The notes under the pieces: generated by a model
Database searches by the model: none
What the model was told of the DNA's origin: nothing
The model's input: only the letters and a program-made list of their open reading frames with translations
Assembly (NCBI GenBank): GCA_016190695.1
Contig: JACPQC010000015.1
Location: 13,435-77,434 of the forward strand
Direction of reading: 5' to 3'
DNA length: 64,000 nucleotides
Source of the DNA: Chloroflexota bacterium
Lineage (GTDB): Bacteria; Chloroflexota; Dehalococcoidia; Dehalococcoidales; RBG-16-60-22
Shown: one piece after another, positions 37,252 through 46,675 of the stretch
How the letters are laid out: the number at the start of each line of letters is the position of its first letter
Position numbering within the stretch: the stretch's first letter is position 1
Translations under genes and position numbers: made by a program

Positions 37252-37280
37252 TTGACAATATAAAATTTCCCCATTATTAT
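37252..37280 (+). promoter_or_regulatory. sigma70-like promoter candidate for the OmpR-family regulator
   Basis: TTGACA (37252-37257), 17 nt, TATTAT (37275-37280), 27 nt before the ATG at 37308. Confidence 0.45.
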
Positions 37281-37307
37281 TAAGCGGTAAGTGGCTGCCG
37301 GGACATT

Positions 37308-38024
37308 ATGATGAAACATTTCCGTATCCTTTTGGTCGACGACGAAGAGCGGTTGCTCAGTTTTCTCAAACTTAAGCTCAAGGCCTTGAACTACGAGGTT
37401 GCTACCGCTGGCAACGGAGCCGAGGCCCTGGAGTTGGTCAGGGCGCAGGAACCTAACCTGCTTGTCCTGGACCTGATGATGCCGGTGATGGACGGCTTTG
37501 AGACGCTCAGGCAACTGCGTACCTTTTCTACCACCCCGGTCATCATCCTCTCCGCCAGAGACTCGGATGTGGACAAGCTCAAAGGCTTTGACCTCCAGGC
37601 GGATGATTTTCTGTCAAAGCCCTTCAACCCTGACGAACTCGTGGCCAGGATCGAAGCGGTGAGGCGGCGCGTTAATCCGGCCAGCAGGTACACGGCGAAC
37701 GAGTCGCTCAGCATCGGGGACATAACCATTGATTTCAAGAGGCGGCACGTCCTTATCAAAGGCAAAGAGGTCCGTCTTACCCGCATCGAATGGCTCCTGC
37801 TCAGTGAACTGGCCCACAATGCCGGCCGGCTGATATTATACGAAGACCTTCTCAGCCGGGTCTGGGGGCCGGAGTACCGCGACGATATCCAGTTGCTCCG
37901 GTCATGGGTCAGCCGCCTCAGAAACAAGCTGGGCAAGGAGTCCAGCCAACCTGATCTTATCCGCACTATCACCAAGGCCGGCTATATCATCGAACAACAG
38001 AAAGCATCCGTCTCAGAATCCTGA
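37308..38024 (+). CDS. OmpR/PhoB-family response regulator (no adjacent kinase)
   Basis: Receiver (ILLVDDEE, LDLMMP, KPF) plus a winged-helix trans_reg_C domain (LTRIEWLLLSEL....V.SR..L...VWG). Confidence 0.9.
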   Translation: MMKHFRILLVDDEERLLSFLKLKLKALNYEVATAGNGAEALELVRAQEPNLLVLDLMMPVMDGFETLRQLRTFSTTPVIILSARDSDVDKLKGFDLQADDFLSKPFNPDELVARIEAVRRRVNPASRYTANESLSIGDITIDFKRRHVLIKGKEVRLTRIEWLLLSELAHNAGRLILYEDLLSRVWGPEYRDDIQLLRSWVSRLRNKLGKESSQPDLIRTITKAGYIIEQQKASVSES

Positions 38025-38238
38025 AGACAACGTCCACCATCTGCCGCTATAGCTCTTGCTAACCCCCTGCAGTTCCGTCAGCCCCTTTTCTTTGCCCCGG
38101 CACTTCTCCAGATAGCTCTTAGCTTCGCCGTGATTTCTTTTACAACTATTTAACTTTCGTTTGCCCTTTTTTATGACTTATTGAGCCTCAATTTCATACA
38201 ATTGTGACGAGCCGCAAATACCACGAAGGAGACCTTCC

Positions 38239-38466
38239 ATGCCCGCTACACTTGAACTGCCCAAAAAGGAGACTCCGGTCAACCTGTCGCACTTTGCCCC
38301 GGCGACGGACGAGATCATTGCCTATTGCCCGAAATGCAAAACGTTCGAGACATTATGGTTCGCCGGGGACAGGCTGCTGCAGACGCGCAAGTTCAGCCAG
38401 GATGATATCCAGGTGTACCATGACTGTGGCATCAGGGTACCCTGCAGGCTCTACCGGTCTCTCTGA
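38239..38466 (+). CDS. 75-aa zinc-ribbon-like hypothetical protein
   Basis: AAGGAG SD. CPKC ... HDCG...C cysteine/histidine pattern. Confidence 0.5.
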   Translation: MPATLELPKKETPVNLSHFAPATDEIIAYCPKCKTFETLWFAGDRLLQTRKFSQDDIQVYHDCGIRVPCRLYRSL

Positions 38467-38493
38467 GTCCTCCGTTTCTGGTTGAAATAACAT

Positions 38494-38805
38494 TTGGCAA
38501 TGCTACCAGTTGTTGTGATGAAAAACGCCAGGGCATACATCCTGCTTGACATAGTAGATGGCAAAGAGGCTGAAGCAACCAGGAAGCTCAGCTCAATGCC
38601 AGGCATAGTTATTGTCGACCGGCTGGAGGGCACGCCCAATGTCCTCATCATGGTCGAGGCTGCCCGGCGCCAGCAACTGGCTGAACTGACCAATAGCGCC
38701 CTGGCCGCCGTCGGTCCCCTCACCCAGGAAATACGCCTGATGCCGGTCCAGGCCAATGGCCGGCATACCATCGCCAGAAAAGGCGCCACTCGTACATCGA
38801 ATTAG
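38494..38805 (+). CDS. stand-alone Lrp/AsnC ligand-binding (RAM)-like domain protein
   Basis: ARAYILLDIVDGKEAEATRKLSSMPGIVIVDRLEGTPNVLIMVEA resembles AsnC_trans_reg domains. Start (TTG 38494 or ATG 38500) lacks a clear SD. Confidence 0.5.
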   Translation: MAMLPVVVMKNARAYILLDIVDGKEAEATRKLSSMPGIVIVDRLEGTPNVLIMVEAARRQQLAELTNSALAAVGPLTQEIRLMPVQANGRHTIARKGATRTSN

Positions 38806-38819
38806 AAGGAGCAGATAAG

Positions 38820-40166
38820 ATGGGGCGGCCAACAGGCCTGAACGCTGATAACACGGTTTTTGTATTGCTTTCTTTCGAGGGGCCTGACCGCTATTCACAA
38901 GCGGGGGGGCTGGGAGTCCGGGTAACCAATCTCTCCCAGACCCTGGCAACGATGGGGTTTCCCACCCATCTCTTCTTTATCGGAGACCCGCGGGGTAAAG
39001 GTGAGGAGACCGGTGCCGGAATGAGGTTGGTGCTCCACCGCTGGTGCCAGTGGATTAGTGAATATTACCCGGCAGGCGTATACCAGGGGGAAAACGAAAA
39101 ACTGTATGACTTCAACGAATCGCTGCCGGGCTTCATCAACGACCGTATCATCAAGCCGGCGCTGGACGAAGGGAAACTGGTGGTCATACTGGGCGAAGAG
39201 TGGCATACCACCGAAGTGATGTCTCGCATTGCTAACATGCTGGAAATTGACGGCACCCGGGAGCGTGTCGTCATGTTCTGGAATGCCAACAACACCTTTG
39301 GCTTTGACAGGATAGACTGGAAGCGGCTGGCTGTCGCCTCCATTATTACCACGGTAAGCCGCTATATGAAGCAAATCATGAGGGGGGTGGGCGTCAATCC
39401 CATGGTGATACCCAACGGGATACCCAGCGCGCTGCTCAATCAAAAGGTCGATGCCCGGGCGGCGGCCGAGTTTAAAGAGAAGCTGCGGGCCACGGTGGTC
39501 CTGGCCAAGGTGGCCCGATGGGACCCGGACAAGTGCTGGAATGCCGCCGTTGAAGCTGCCGCCCGTCTCAAAGAAAGAGGGCTGAACACGGTGCTGCTGG
39601 CCAGGGGCGGAATAGAACCTCACGGGGAAGAGGTGAAATATAACGCCCGCCAGATGGGCCTCAAGGTGGTTGAGATAACCGACAACGGCGGGAATGGCCC
39701 CATATCCAGCCTCAAGGCTATCGCCAGCGGTGAGACGGCGGATATCCTGGATATAAAGTTCCACTGTACCCCTGACCTCCTCCAGATAATATACCGGGCG
39801 GCCAGCGCCGTGCTGGCTAACAGCGGGCATGAGCCTTTCGGGCTGGTCGGCCTGGAGGCCATGGCTGCCGGAGGAGTCGCTTTTACCGGCGGCACTGGCG
39901 AAGATTATGCCATTCCCTTTCACAATTCCATCGTCCTGGAGACCTCCGATCCCCGCGAGATAGAGGCTTACGTCGCTTACCTCCACGATGCCCCCCAGGA
40001 GAGCGAGAGGATACGCGAGGCGGCCAAACAGACCGCCAGCCAGTTTACCTGGGAACATGCGGCGAGGATACTTATCCGGAAGCTGGAATACCAGGCGAGA
40101 AACCAGGGGTTGCTTGCTGATAAAAACGAGTCGTCCGTTCAGGAAGGCAATAGTCATTCAGACTAA
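38820..40166 (+). CDS. GT4-family (GT-B) retaining glycosyltransferase
   Basis: N-terminal GGLGV, C-terminal EPFGLVGLEAMAAG (E-x7-E). Confidence 0.8.
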   Translation: MGRPTGLNADNTVFVLLSFEGPDRYSQAGGLGVRVTNLSQTLATMGFPTHLFFIGDPRGKGEETGAGMRLVLHRWCQWISEYYPAGVYQGENEKLYDFNESLPGFINDRIIKPALDEGKLVVILGEEWHTTEVMSRIANMLEIDGTRERVVMFWNANNTFGFDRIDWKRLAVASIITTVSRYMKQIMRGVGVNPMVIPNGIPSALLNQKVDARAAAEFKEKLRATVVLAKVARWDPDKCWNAAVEAAARLKERGLNTVLLARGGIEPHGEEVKYNARQMGLKVVEITDNGGNGPISSLKAIASGETADILDIKFHCTPDLLQIIYRAASAVLANSGHEPFGLVGLEAMAAGGVAFTGGTGEDYAIPFHNSIVLETSDPREIEAYVAYLHDAPQESERIREAAKQTASQFTWEHAARILIRKLEYQARNQGLLADKNESSVQEGNSHSD

Positions 40167-40207
40167 TCGCCAGGGCGCGGTATTTTTTCTACGGAGGCAA
40201 GAAAAAA

Positions 40208-40510
40208 ATGGCAAGGATATTGTCACAGGATGCCCAAAGGCTCCTGGGGGATGTACCGCCAGAGAAAAGCTTCTGGTGCCGTGACGGGCGTGCTTTCAAA
40301 AATATCCAGGAGCTGAGCGCGGCCCTGGCCACCATGTCCGACGAGACTTTCGGCCACCATGCCAACGCCGGCAGGAATGACTTCAGTAACTGGGTGAAAG
40401 AGGTCATCGGGGATGAAAAACTGGCCAGGGACCTCGCGAAGTCCACTACCAGGACCGCGGCCAACAAAAAAGTGATGGAACGGATCATCTTTCTTACTAC
40501 CAAGCTGTAA
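40208..40510 (+). CDS. hypothetical 100-aa protein (possibly DUF5752-like)
   Basis: F.C.DG....N..EL..AL..MS.E.F.HH.N...NDFS.W. The family assignment is from memory only. Confidence 0.5.
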   Translation: MARILSQDAQRLLGDVPPEKSFWCRDGRAFKNIQELSAALATMSDETFGHHANAGRNDFSNWVKEVIGDEKLARDLAKSTTRTAANKKVMERIIFLTTKL

Positions 40511-40535
40511 TAAATTACTTACGAAAGGGAAGGCA

Positions 40536-41456
40536 ATGAAGATCAGAAAGGCCGTGATAACAGCCGGCGGATGGGGTACGCGGTTTCTGCCGCTCACCAA
40601 GTCCCAGCCCAAGGAAATGCTGCCACTGGTAAATAAACCGCTGATACAGTACAGCGTAGAAGAGGCGATCGCTTGTGGCGTAGAGCTTATAGTCATCGTC
40701 ACTTCCCTGGGCAAGCGGGCCATTGAAGACCACTTTGACCGCTCCTTTGACCTCGAGCATGCCCTGCAGCAAAAAGGGGAGCTCAAGATGGTCGAAGAAA
40801 TCCGCCGCCTGTCCAACATGGTGGATATCTGCTATGTTCGCCAGAAGGAGCAACTGGGGCTGGGCCATGCCGTGCTCATGACCCGGAACGTGATCGGAGA
40901 CGAGCCTTTTGTTCTCTTGCTGCCCGATGACCTTTTTGAGTACCGGGAAGTGCCGTTGAAGCGGATGATCGAGATATACGAGCGTTACAATGCCAGCGTC
41001 ATCGCGGTCAAAGAAGTTGCGGAGCACGAGGTCAACCGCTATGGGATAATCAGCCCGCAAGAAGTGGAGCGGCGGGTCTATCAGGTGACCGGCCTGGTAG
41101 AAAAGCCGCCTTTGGGAGAATCCCCTTCAAACCTGGCCATCATGGGGCGGTATGTCCTCTCCCCGGAGATATTCGAGTGCCTGGAATGCACGCTCCCTGG
41201 CAGGAACCAGGAGATCCAACTGACCGACGCCCTGCAGGGGCTGCAGCGTTCCGAGCCGGTGTATGCCTACCAGTTCGAAGGCGAGCGTTACGACGCCGGT
41301 ACGCTCAATGGCTGGCTGGAGGCAACGGTATCCCTGGCACTGGCGGACCCGAACATCGGCCCGCAGTTCAGGGAATGCGTACACCGGCAGCTTTCCCGCT
41401 GTGCCCGTGAAGAGAAAGCCATCAGCAAAAATGATCCGGTCCAATCCCTGCGGTAG
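40536..41456 (+). CDS. galU: UTP--glucose-1-phosphate uridylyltransferase
   Basis: KAVITAGGWGTRFLPLTKSQPKEMLPLVNKP, LGLGHAV, LLPDD, VEKP. Confidence 0.9.
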   Translation: MKIRKAVITAGGWGTRFLPLTKSQPKEMLPLVNKPLIQYSVEEAIACGVELIVIVTSLGKRAIEDHFDRSFDLEHALQQKGELKMVEEIRRLSNMVDICYVRQKEQLGLGHAVLMTRNVIGDEPFVLLLPDDLFEYREVPLKRMIEIYERYNASVIAVKEVAEHEVNRYGIISPQEVERRVYQVTGLVEKPPLGESPSNLAIMGRYVLSPEIFECLECTLPGRNQEIQLTDALQGLQRSEPVYAYQFEGERYDAGTLNGWLEATVSLALADPNIGPQFRECVHRQLSRCAREEKAISKNDPVQSLR

Positions 41457-41632
41457 TACCTTACGTGAAAGCAAGAAGGGTTGAGCATGATCTATGGTGG
41501 CGGGCCGGGGACAAGCACGGGCAATCTGGCAGTCCACCGGCTGTCCGTGGCGGCGCAGAGGCGCATGCCCTGGCTCCCAAAAGAGACGAGAGGGACATCT
41601 GGTATATGCGGAGAAACGGGGAGGTAGAGAAA

Positions 41633-42172
41633 ATGCTTGCCAGAAAGAGAATTGCCGTCCTGGTCGAGGGGGACTTTGAAGACTCGGAGCTGACCGAACC
41701 GGTCAAGGCCATGAAAGAAGCCGGGGCGACGGTCGTCCTGGTGGGCAGCGACGCGAAAGCTACCTTCAAGGGGAAAAAGGGGACAATGGTAAAGACGGAT
41801 GCTGCCGCCGACGAGGTCCGCGCCGATGACTTTGACGTCATCATTGTGCCTGGAGGCTATGCCCCTGATAAGATGCGGCTCCATCAGGGCATGGTCAACC
41901 TGGTCAGGCAGGCGCATGACGCCGGAAGGGTCATCGCCGCCGTGTGTCACGGCCCGCAGCTCCTGATTTCGGCTGATGTAGTCAGGGGGCGGCGGGTCAC
42001 TTCATGGCCGTCGATAGCGGTGGACCTCAGAAACGCCGGGGCAACGTGGGTGGACGAGCCGGTGGTGCGTGACGGCAATATCATCACCTCTCGCAAGCCC
42101 GCCGACCTCCCCGTTTTCAACAGGGCCATCATCGAAGCCCTGGCCGCAGAGGTTGCCGCCCCAACCAGGTAG
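41633..42172 (+). CDS. DJ-1/PfpI-family protein (type 1 glutamine amidotransferase-like)
   Basis: RIAVLVEGDFEDSEL, VPGG, AAVCHGPQLL nucleophile elbow. GGGGAGG before the ATG. The longer ORF from 41465 has no support. Confidence 0.85.
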   Translation: MLARKRIAVLVEGDFEDSELTEPVKAMKEAGATVVLVGSDAKATFKGKKGTMVKTDAAADEVRADDFDVIIVPGGYAPDKMRLHQGMVNLVRQAHDAGRVIAAVCHGPQLLISADVVRGRRVTSWPSIAVDLRNAGATWVDEPVVRDGNIITSRKPADLPVFNRAIIEALAAEVAAPTR

Positions 42173-42198
42173 TCCAAATAAAACTAAGGAGAAGGAAG

Positions 42199-42606
42199 AT
42201 GGCAGTACAGGTAAAACAGTTCAGCCAGGTATTCCAGACAGCAGACTGGAAGACCGAGAAGCATGTCCCGGTCATCGAATGCCCGGAGCGGGTCAAGGCC
42301 GGCGAAATGTTCCGGGTCAATGTCAGCATTGGCAAGGAGATATCTCATCCCAACACCACTGAGCATCACATCCGGTGGATCGCGGTCTACTTTCAGCCCG
42401 AAGGGGACAAGTTCGCCCATCAGGTAGGGGACTTTCAGTTCTCGGCGCATGGAGAAAGCACCGAAGGGCCAAACACGGGCCCGGTCTACACCCACCATGA
42501 GGTGACGCTGTGCATGAAGCTGAACAAACCTGGAATGCTTTATGCGTCCTCGTACTGCAACATCCACGGACTCTGGCAGTCGGGTAAAGAAATAGTGGTC
42601 GGCTGA
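42199..42606 (+). CDS. superoxide reductase (1Fe-SOR / neelaredoxin type)
   Basis: EKHVPVI, HPNTTEHHIRWI, YCNIHGLW ligand pattern. No N-terminal desulforedoxin Cys motif. Confidence 0.85.
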   Translation: MAVQVKQFSQVFQTADWKTEKHVPVIECPERVKAGEMFRVNVSIGKEISHPNTTEHHIRWIAVYFQPEGDKFAHQVGDFQFSAHGESTEGPNTGPVYTHHEVTLCMKLNKPGMLYASSYCNIHGLWQSGKEIVVG

Positions 42607-42609
42607 GTC

Positions 42610-43437
42610 ATGTCATTGATGATAATAGCTAACAACATAAACGCCAGGAACCCGGAGGTAGGGCATTGGTTCCATGACCTCCTGGCCGGGGGCCCCACCG
42701 GTGAGCCGGCGGCGAAGTTGAAGGCGCTGGCCAGGCAGTGCGTCAGCGCCGGGGCCGATGTCCTGGAAATCAATCTCCAGCAGCACGATGACCGCCCCCC
42801 GGTGATGGAAGCCGCGGTCAGAATGGTCCAGGACGCCGCCGGCTGCCAGCTATGTCTCAGCACGAACAACGCCGCCACGCTGGAGGCGGGCCTGCGCGCC
42901 TGCGACCGGGCGCCCATGATAAACTACCTGTCACTGGATGAGGTCCGGCTCAAGGAGATGCTGCCGCTGGCGGCGAATTACAAGGCTGAGGTGGTGCTCC
43001 TGGTCAGTGACCCGGCCCGCCCCACCGATGCCCGTGACATGCTGCACAAGGCGGCGGTACTGGAGGGGGCGGCCAACGAGATGGGCATTCCCGATGAGCG
43101 CATAATCATCGATCCCGGCCTGATCCACGTGACCCATGTCCTGGGACAGCGCCACTTGCTCGAGATCAGGGAGTTCCTCAAGGCGATGCCGGACGTACTT
43201 GACCCCAGGTTGAGAAGCACCTGCTGGTTGAACAACGCCTCGGCAGGGGCAGCGCCCAGGCTGCGCTCGCTCATAGATACCACGGTGCTGGCCACCCTCT
43301 CTATCCTGGGCCTGTCCGGCGCTTTTATGGACGTGCTCAGCATGGAGCATATGCGGATGGTGCGCCTGCTGCGGATGCTCGATAATGAGCGAGTCTACTC
43401 CGATGGCGAGATAGACCTGGCCCTGGCGCGCCGGTAA
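42610..43437 (+). CDS. pterin-binding methyltransferase (MeTr/AcsE/MtgA-like methyl-THF:corrinoid methyltransferase)
   Basis: Collinear with Moorella MeTr as recalled: IIANNIN (IIGERIN), LCLSTNN..TLEAGL..C....MINY, IDPGL, WLNNAS (GLSNVS). Confidence 0.75.
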   Translation: MSLMIIANNINARNPEVGHWFHDLLAGGPTGEPAAKLKALARQCVSAGADVLEINLQQHDDRPPVMEAAVRMVQDAAGCQLCLSTNNAATLEAGLRACDRAPMINYLSLDEVRLKEMLPLAANYKAEVVLLVSDPARPTDARDMLHKAAVLEGAANEMGIPDERIIIDPGLIHVTHVLGQRHLLEIREFLKAMPDVLDPRLRSTCWLNNASAGAAPRLRSLIDTTVLATLSILGLSGAFMDVLSMEHMRMVRLLRMLDNERVYSDGEIDLALARR

Positions 43438-43471
43438 CGATTTCCATCTCAAACCAGGAGGATAATGGTCC

Positions 43472-43744
43472 ATGGCGTATTACATCACCGACGAATGCAT
43501 TAGCTGCGGGGCCTGCGAACCGGAGTGTCCCAATGTGGCCATATCCGAAGGGGAGACTATCTACATCATAAACCCGGACAGATGTACCGAGTGCGTAGGC
43601 TCTTTTGAATCGTCACGCTGCGCCGCCGTCTGCCCGGTAGACGCCTGTCACCCTGACCCCAACTACCCTGAGACCAGGGAAGAGCTTCTGGCGAAGTGGC
43701 GCGGCCTGCATCCCGGCGAAGAGCCGGTCGCGGGGACGTATTGA
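43472..43744 (+). CDS. YfhL-like 2x[4Fe-4S] ferredoxin
   Basis: YITDECISCGACEPECP ... CTECVG...CAAVCPVDAC. Confidence 0.85.
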   Translation: MAYYITDECISCGACEPECPNVAISEGETIYIINPDRCTECVGSFESSRCAAVCPVDACHPDPNYPETREELLAKWRGLHPGEEPVAGTY

Positions 43745-43782
43745 CCGGAAACCTCTACTGCGGGGCGTCGGTGAGGAGGGAA

Positions 43783-44208
43783 ATGTTTCGCCTTGCCCTG
43801 GTCCTGGCCCTGCTGGCCCTGGTCCTGGCAGCCTGCGCCCGGGAAGCGCCTCCCGCCGCCGGACCGGTCTCAGACTACGATAGCCTGGTCAGCGCCCTGC
43901 GCGCCGCCGGGGCCACGGTCGAGACCGCCGGTGAAGTAGAGCAGCCCTTCTTTGCGGTCAAGGGCCGGGTGATAAAGGTAAACGGCCAGGACGTGCAGGT
44001 CTTCGGTTACCGGGACGAGGCCGCTGCCGGCGCCGATGCGGCTAAAGTATCGCCTGATGGTAGCTCCATCGGCACTACCATGGTAAGCTGGATAGCGCCG
44101 CCCCATTTCTACCGGTCAGGAAAGCTGATAGCGCTTTATGTGGGACAGGAACAGTCAACCATATCGGCGCTGGAGGGCGTACTCGGCCCCCAGTTTGCCG
44201 GGCGATAG
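43783..44208 (+). CDS. hypothetical lipoprotein
   Basis: GAGGAGGGAA before the ATG. Signal/lipobox LALVLAAC. Confidence 0.6.
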   Translation: MFRLALVLALLALVLAACAREAPPAAGPVSDYDSLVSALRAAGATVETAGEVEQPFFAVKGRVIKVNGQDVQVFGYRDEAAAGADAAKVSPDGSSIGTTMVSWIAPPHFYRSGKLIALYVGQEQSTISALEGVLGPQFAGR

Positions 44209-44218
44209 GGGAGAGGTT

Positions 44219-44815
44219 ATGTTCAAGTTCAACGGGGTGAACCACCTGGCTATGGCCACCGGCGACATGGACCGGACGATACATTTCTGGCGTGACCTGC
44301 TCGGGATGAGGCTGGTCGCCGGGCTGGGCCAGCCGGGCTACCGGCACTACTTCTTCGAGATATCGGAGAACGACTTGCTCGCCTTCTTCGAGTGGCCAGG
44401 AGTCGAACCGGTGGCCAGGAAGGAGCACGGGCGGCCGGTGAAAGGCCCCTTTGTCTTCGACCATATCTCCTTCGGCGTTGACACCGAGGATGACCTCTGG
44501 GCGGTCAAGGACAGGCTGGAGGCCGCCGGCTTTCATGTCTCTGAGGTCATCGATCACGGCTTTATCCACTCCATCTATGCCCATGACCCCAACGGCATAC
44601 CCATCGAGTTCTCTCACAACGTGGCAGGGGTGGATATCCGCAGCCATCCCCGGATGAAAGACAGCGTGCCCTCACCGGCGGCGCAGGAAGGCCCCGAGCC
44701 GGAGCTGGGCCACTGGCCCGCCGTGACCGCCCCCACACCCCCCTCCGAGCGCAGAGTGTACCCCGGCGCCGGCAGCGAGCTGTTCCACGGGAAGAAGACC
44801 ACCGCCGCAAAGTGA
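44219..44815 (+). CDS. VOC-family (glyoxalase/dioxygenase-fold) protein
   Basis: VNHLAMATGDMDRTIHFWRDLLGM, HISF, EF motifs. ~50-aa Pro-rich C-terminal tail. Confidence 0.75.
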   Translation: MFKFNGVNHLAMATGDMDRTIHFWRDLLGMRLVAGLGQPGYRHYFFEISENDLLAFFEWPGVEPVARKEHGRPVKGPFVFDHISFGVDTEDDLWAVKDRLEAAGFHVSEVIDHGFIHSIYAHDPNGIPIEFSHNVAGVDIRSHPRMKDSVPSPAAQEGPEPELGHWPAVTAPTPPSERRVYPGAGSELFHGKKTTAAK

Positions 44816-44842
44816 GGGGTCTTCGGAAAGACTTACCGAGAA

Positions 44843-44962
44843 TGTCATGCTGGAAGGAGCAGAGCGACTGAAGCATCTCAGGGTGGGGAGGTAACGATGG
44901 TTTCCCTACCCTTCCCCCATTCGCTTCGCTCCCTCAAGAATGCCATGCTCGGACAGCCTTTC
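44843..44962. repeat. repeat family 2, copy d (divergent)
   Basis: tgtcatgctggaaggagcagagcgactgaagcatctcagggtgggg...ttcgcttcgctccctcaagaatgccatg aligns with the reverse complement of 9662-9778. Confidence 0.6.
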
Positions 44963-45081
44963 CATGGGGAGACGCTTTCACTGGATATCGCTTTCGCCGG
45001 TCTGACGTCATGTAGTTGTCGTTTCTTCGTGCTATAATGGACAGTGGCGGACAAGTAAGAAGCATTTGAAGCAGGTGACTG

Positions 45082-45765
45082 ATGGCGAAGCTGCGCATCG
45101 TGTCCCACAGCGACCAGCGCTTCCAGGACCGCAGTGAGGCGGGGCGGTTGCTGGCCCGAGAACTGGCCCACCTGTCCGGCCCGGCAACGGTGGTGCTGGG
45201 CATCCCGCGCGGTGGGGTGATGGTGGCCCTGGAGGTGGGCCGCGCGCTGGGGGCACAGGTGGATATCGTCTTTTCCAGGAAGCTGCGCGCCCCGGGCCAT
45301 CTTGAACTGGCCATGGGCTCCGTGTCTGAAAACGGCCAGGTGTTCCTCAACGACATGGTGGTGCGGGAGTTGGGTATCACCAGGGACTATATTGAACAGG
45401 AGCGGGCCTTGCAGATGCAGGAGATCGCCCGCCGTGCCGAGGCCATCCGCCGCGTCTGGCCCAGGGTACCCCTGGCCGGCAAGACAGCCATAGTGACCGA
45501 TGACGGGGTGGCCACCGGGGCCACCACCAGGGCCGCGATCTGGTCAGTGCGCCAGCAACATCCTGAAAAGCTGGTCTGCGCTGTGCCCGTCGGCCCCGAG
45601 GACACGCTCCGGGAGCTTGCCGGAGAAGTGGACGAAATGGTGTGCCTGCGCGCCCCGCCCTACTTCGTGGCGGTAGGGCAGTTCTACGCCGCCTTTCTGC
45701 CGGTCAGTGACGAGGACATTCTGGCAGCGTTCCGCCGCTACGTGGACAGCCCGGTCAACCCCTGA
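45082..45765 (+). CDS. phosphoribosyltransferase-family protein
   Basis: PRPP loop TAIVTDDGVATGATTRAA. 227 aa. Confidence 0.75.
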   Translation: MAKLRIVSHSDQRFQDRSEAGRLLARELAHLSGPATVVLGIPRGGVMVALEVGRALGAQVDIVFSRKLRAPGHLELAMGSVSENGQVFLNDMVVRELGITRDYIEQERALQMQEIARRAEAIRRVWPRVPLAGKTAIVTDDGVATGATTRAAIWSVRQQHPEKLVCAVPVGPEDTLRELAGEVDEMVCLRAPPYFVAVGQFYAAFLPVSDEDILAAFRRYVDSPVNP

Positions 45766-45994
45766 AGCCCCTTCCCGCCCCAGCCGGACTTATAAATTCC
45801 CCAAAATGCCCAAAAAGGGACTTTTCGTGCCATTTGGTTATGAAACAGTGAGATAATTGCGCCCGGCGGCAATCTTTCAGGCGGCCAGCAGACTTGAACC
45901 GCAAGGGGCTTCGCGGTATACTCAGCAATGGGCGCGCCGCCAATGAGACATTTCAGAGCAGAAGTCCACTGCGGCATCGCACCTTTCAGGTTTA

Positions 45995-46675
45995 TTGAGC
46001 GCTACAATGTCTTCAAAAGCCCGTGAACAACAACTGCCGCCGGATAGCATCCTCAGGAATTCGGTGGACCAGTTCACCCATCTGTACAATATCCTGCTCA
46101 TGGTCAGGAACGTTGGCCGGGTCGTTATGGAAGCCGCCGGTGAAGCAGACCTGACAAAAAAGACCTGTGACGCCCTGATGGAAGCCCGCCGCTACAAAGG
46201 GGTGTGGATTGGCAGCACGGCCCGCGGTGAAGGAGAAGCTCTGGCGAGCGCTCAGGCCGGCTCTGTAGACCTGGCGGCCGTCCGGCTGGCTGGAGATGCC
46301 GGGGATGGCGAGACGCTGGTTGATGTTGCGCTGAGGACCTCCGCCCCGGCGGTAGTGCAGGATGTCCTCAATGACGAGCGGTGCTCCTCCTGGGGAAGGG
46401 AGGCAGTGGCGCTGGGCGTCCGCTCCGCGGCAGCCGTGCCTGTAAAACTGCCGGGCAAGGCCTCCGCCGCGCTCTATGTTTGTTCCGGGCAACCGGACAT
46501 CTTCGATAAGGCCGAGGTCGGCGCCCTGGCGAAAGTGGCCAGAGACCTTTCAAGCGGCATAGAAAGGCTCCGCCAGAGAAAGGCGATGAAGGACTCGGAA
46601 GCACGGTACCGGGCTACCCTGGATAGCATGTTGGAAGGCTGCCAGATTATCGGCTCCGATTGCCGGTACTTATAG
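45995..46675 (+). CDS. sensor histidine kinase, N-terminal fragment (GAF + first half of a PAS domain), ends at an in-frame TAG
   Basis: Same reading frame as 46691-48073. The PAS beta-strand motif ...DCRYL*LNDVAVKH... is split by the TAG at 46673-46675. Likely ATG start at 46007. Confidence 0.7.
   Translation: MSATMSSKAREQQLPPDSILRNSVDQFTHLYNILLMVRNVGRVVMEAAGEADLTKKTCDALMEARRYKGVWIGSTARGEGEALASAQAGSVDLAAVRLAGDAGDGETLVDVALRTSAPAVVQDVLNDERCSSWGREAVALGVRSAAAVPVKLPGKASAALYVCSGQPDIFDKAEVGALAKVARDLSSGIERLRQRKAMKDSEARYRATLDSMLEGCQIIGSDCRYL

Noticed and set aside
46673-46675. Pyrrolysine decoding as the explanation for the in-frame TAG in the kinase gene.
   Set aside because: No pylT/pylS/pylBCD genes are in the window, and the one Pyl-family methyltransferase homologue present encodes Gln (CAG) at the Pyl site. 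This explanation is unsupported here and would need whole-genome evidence.
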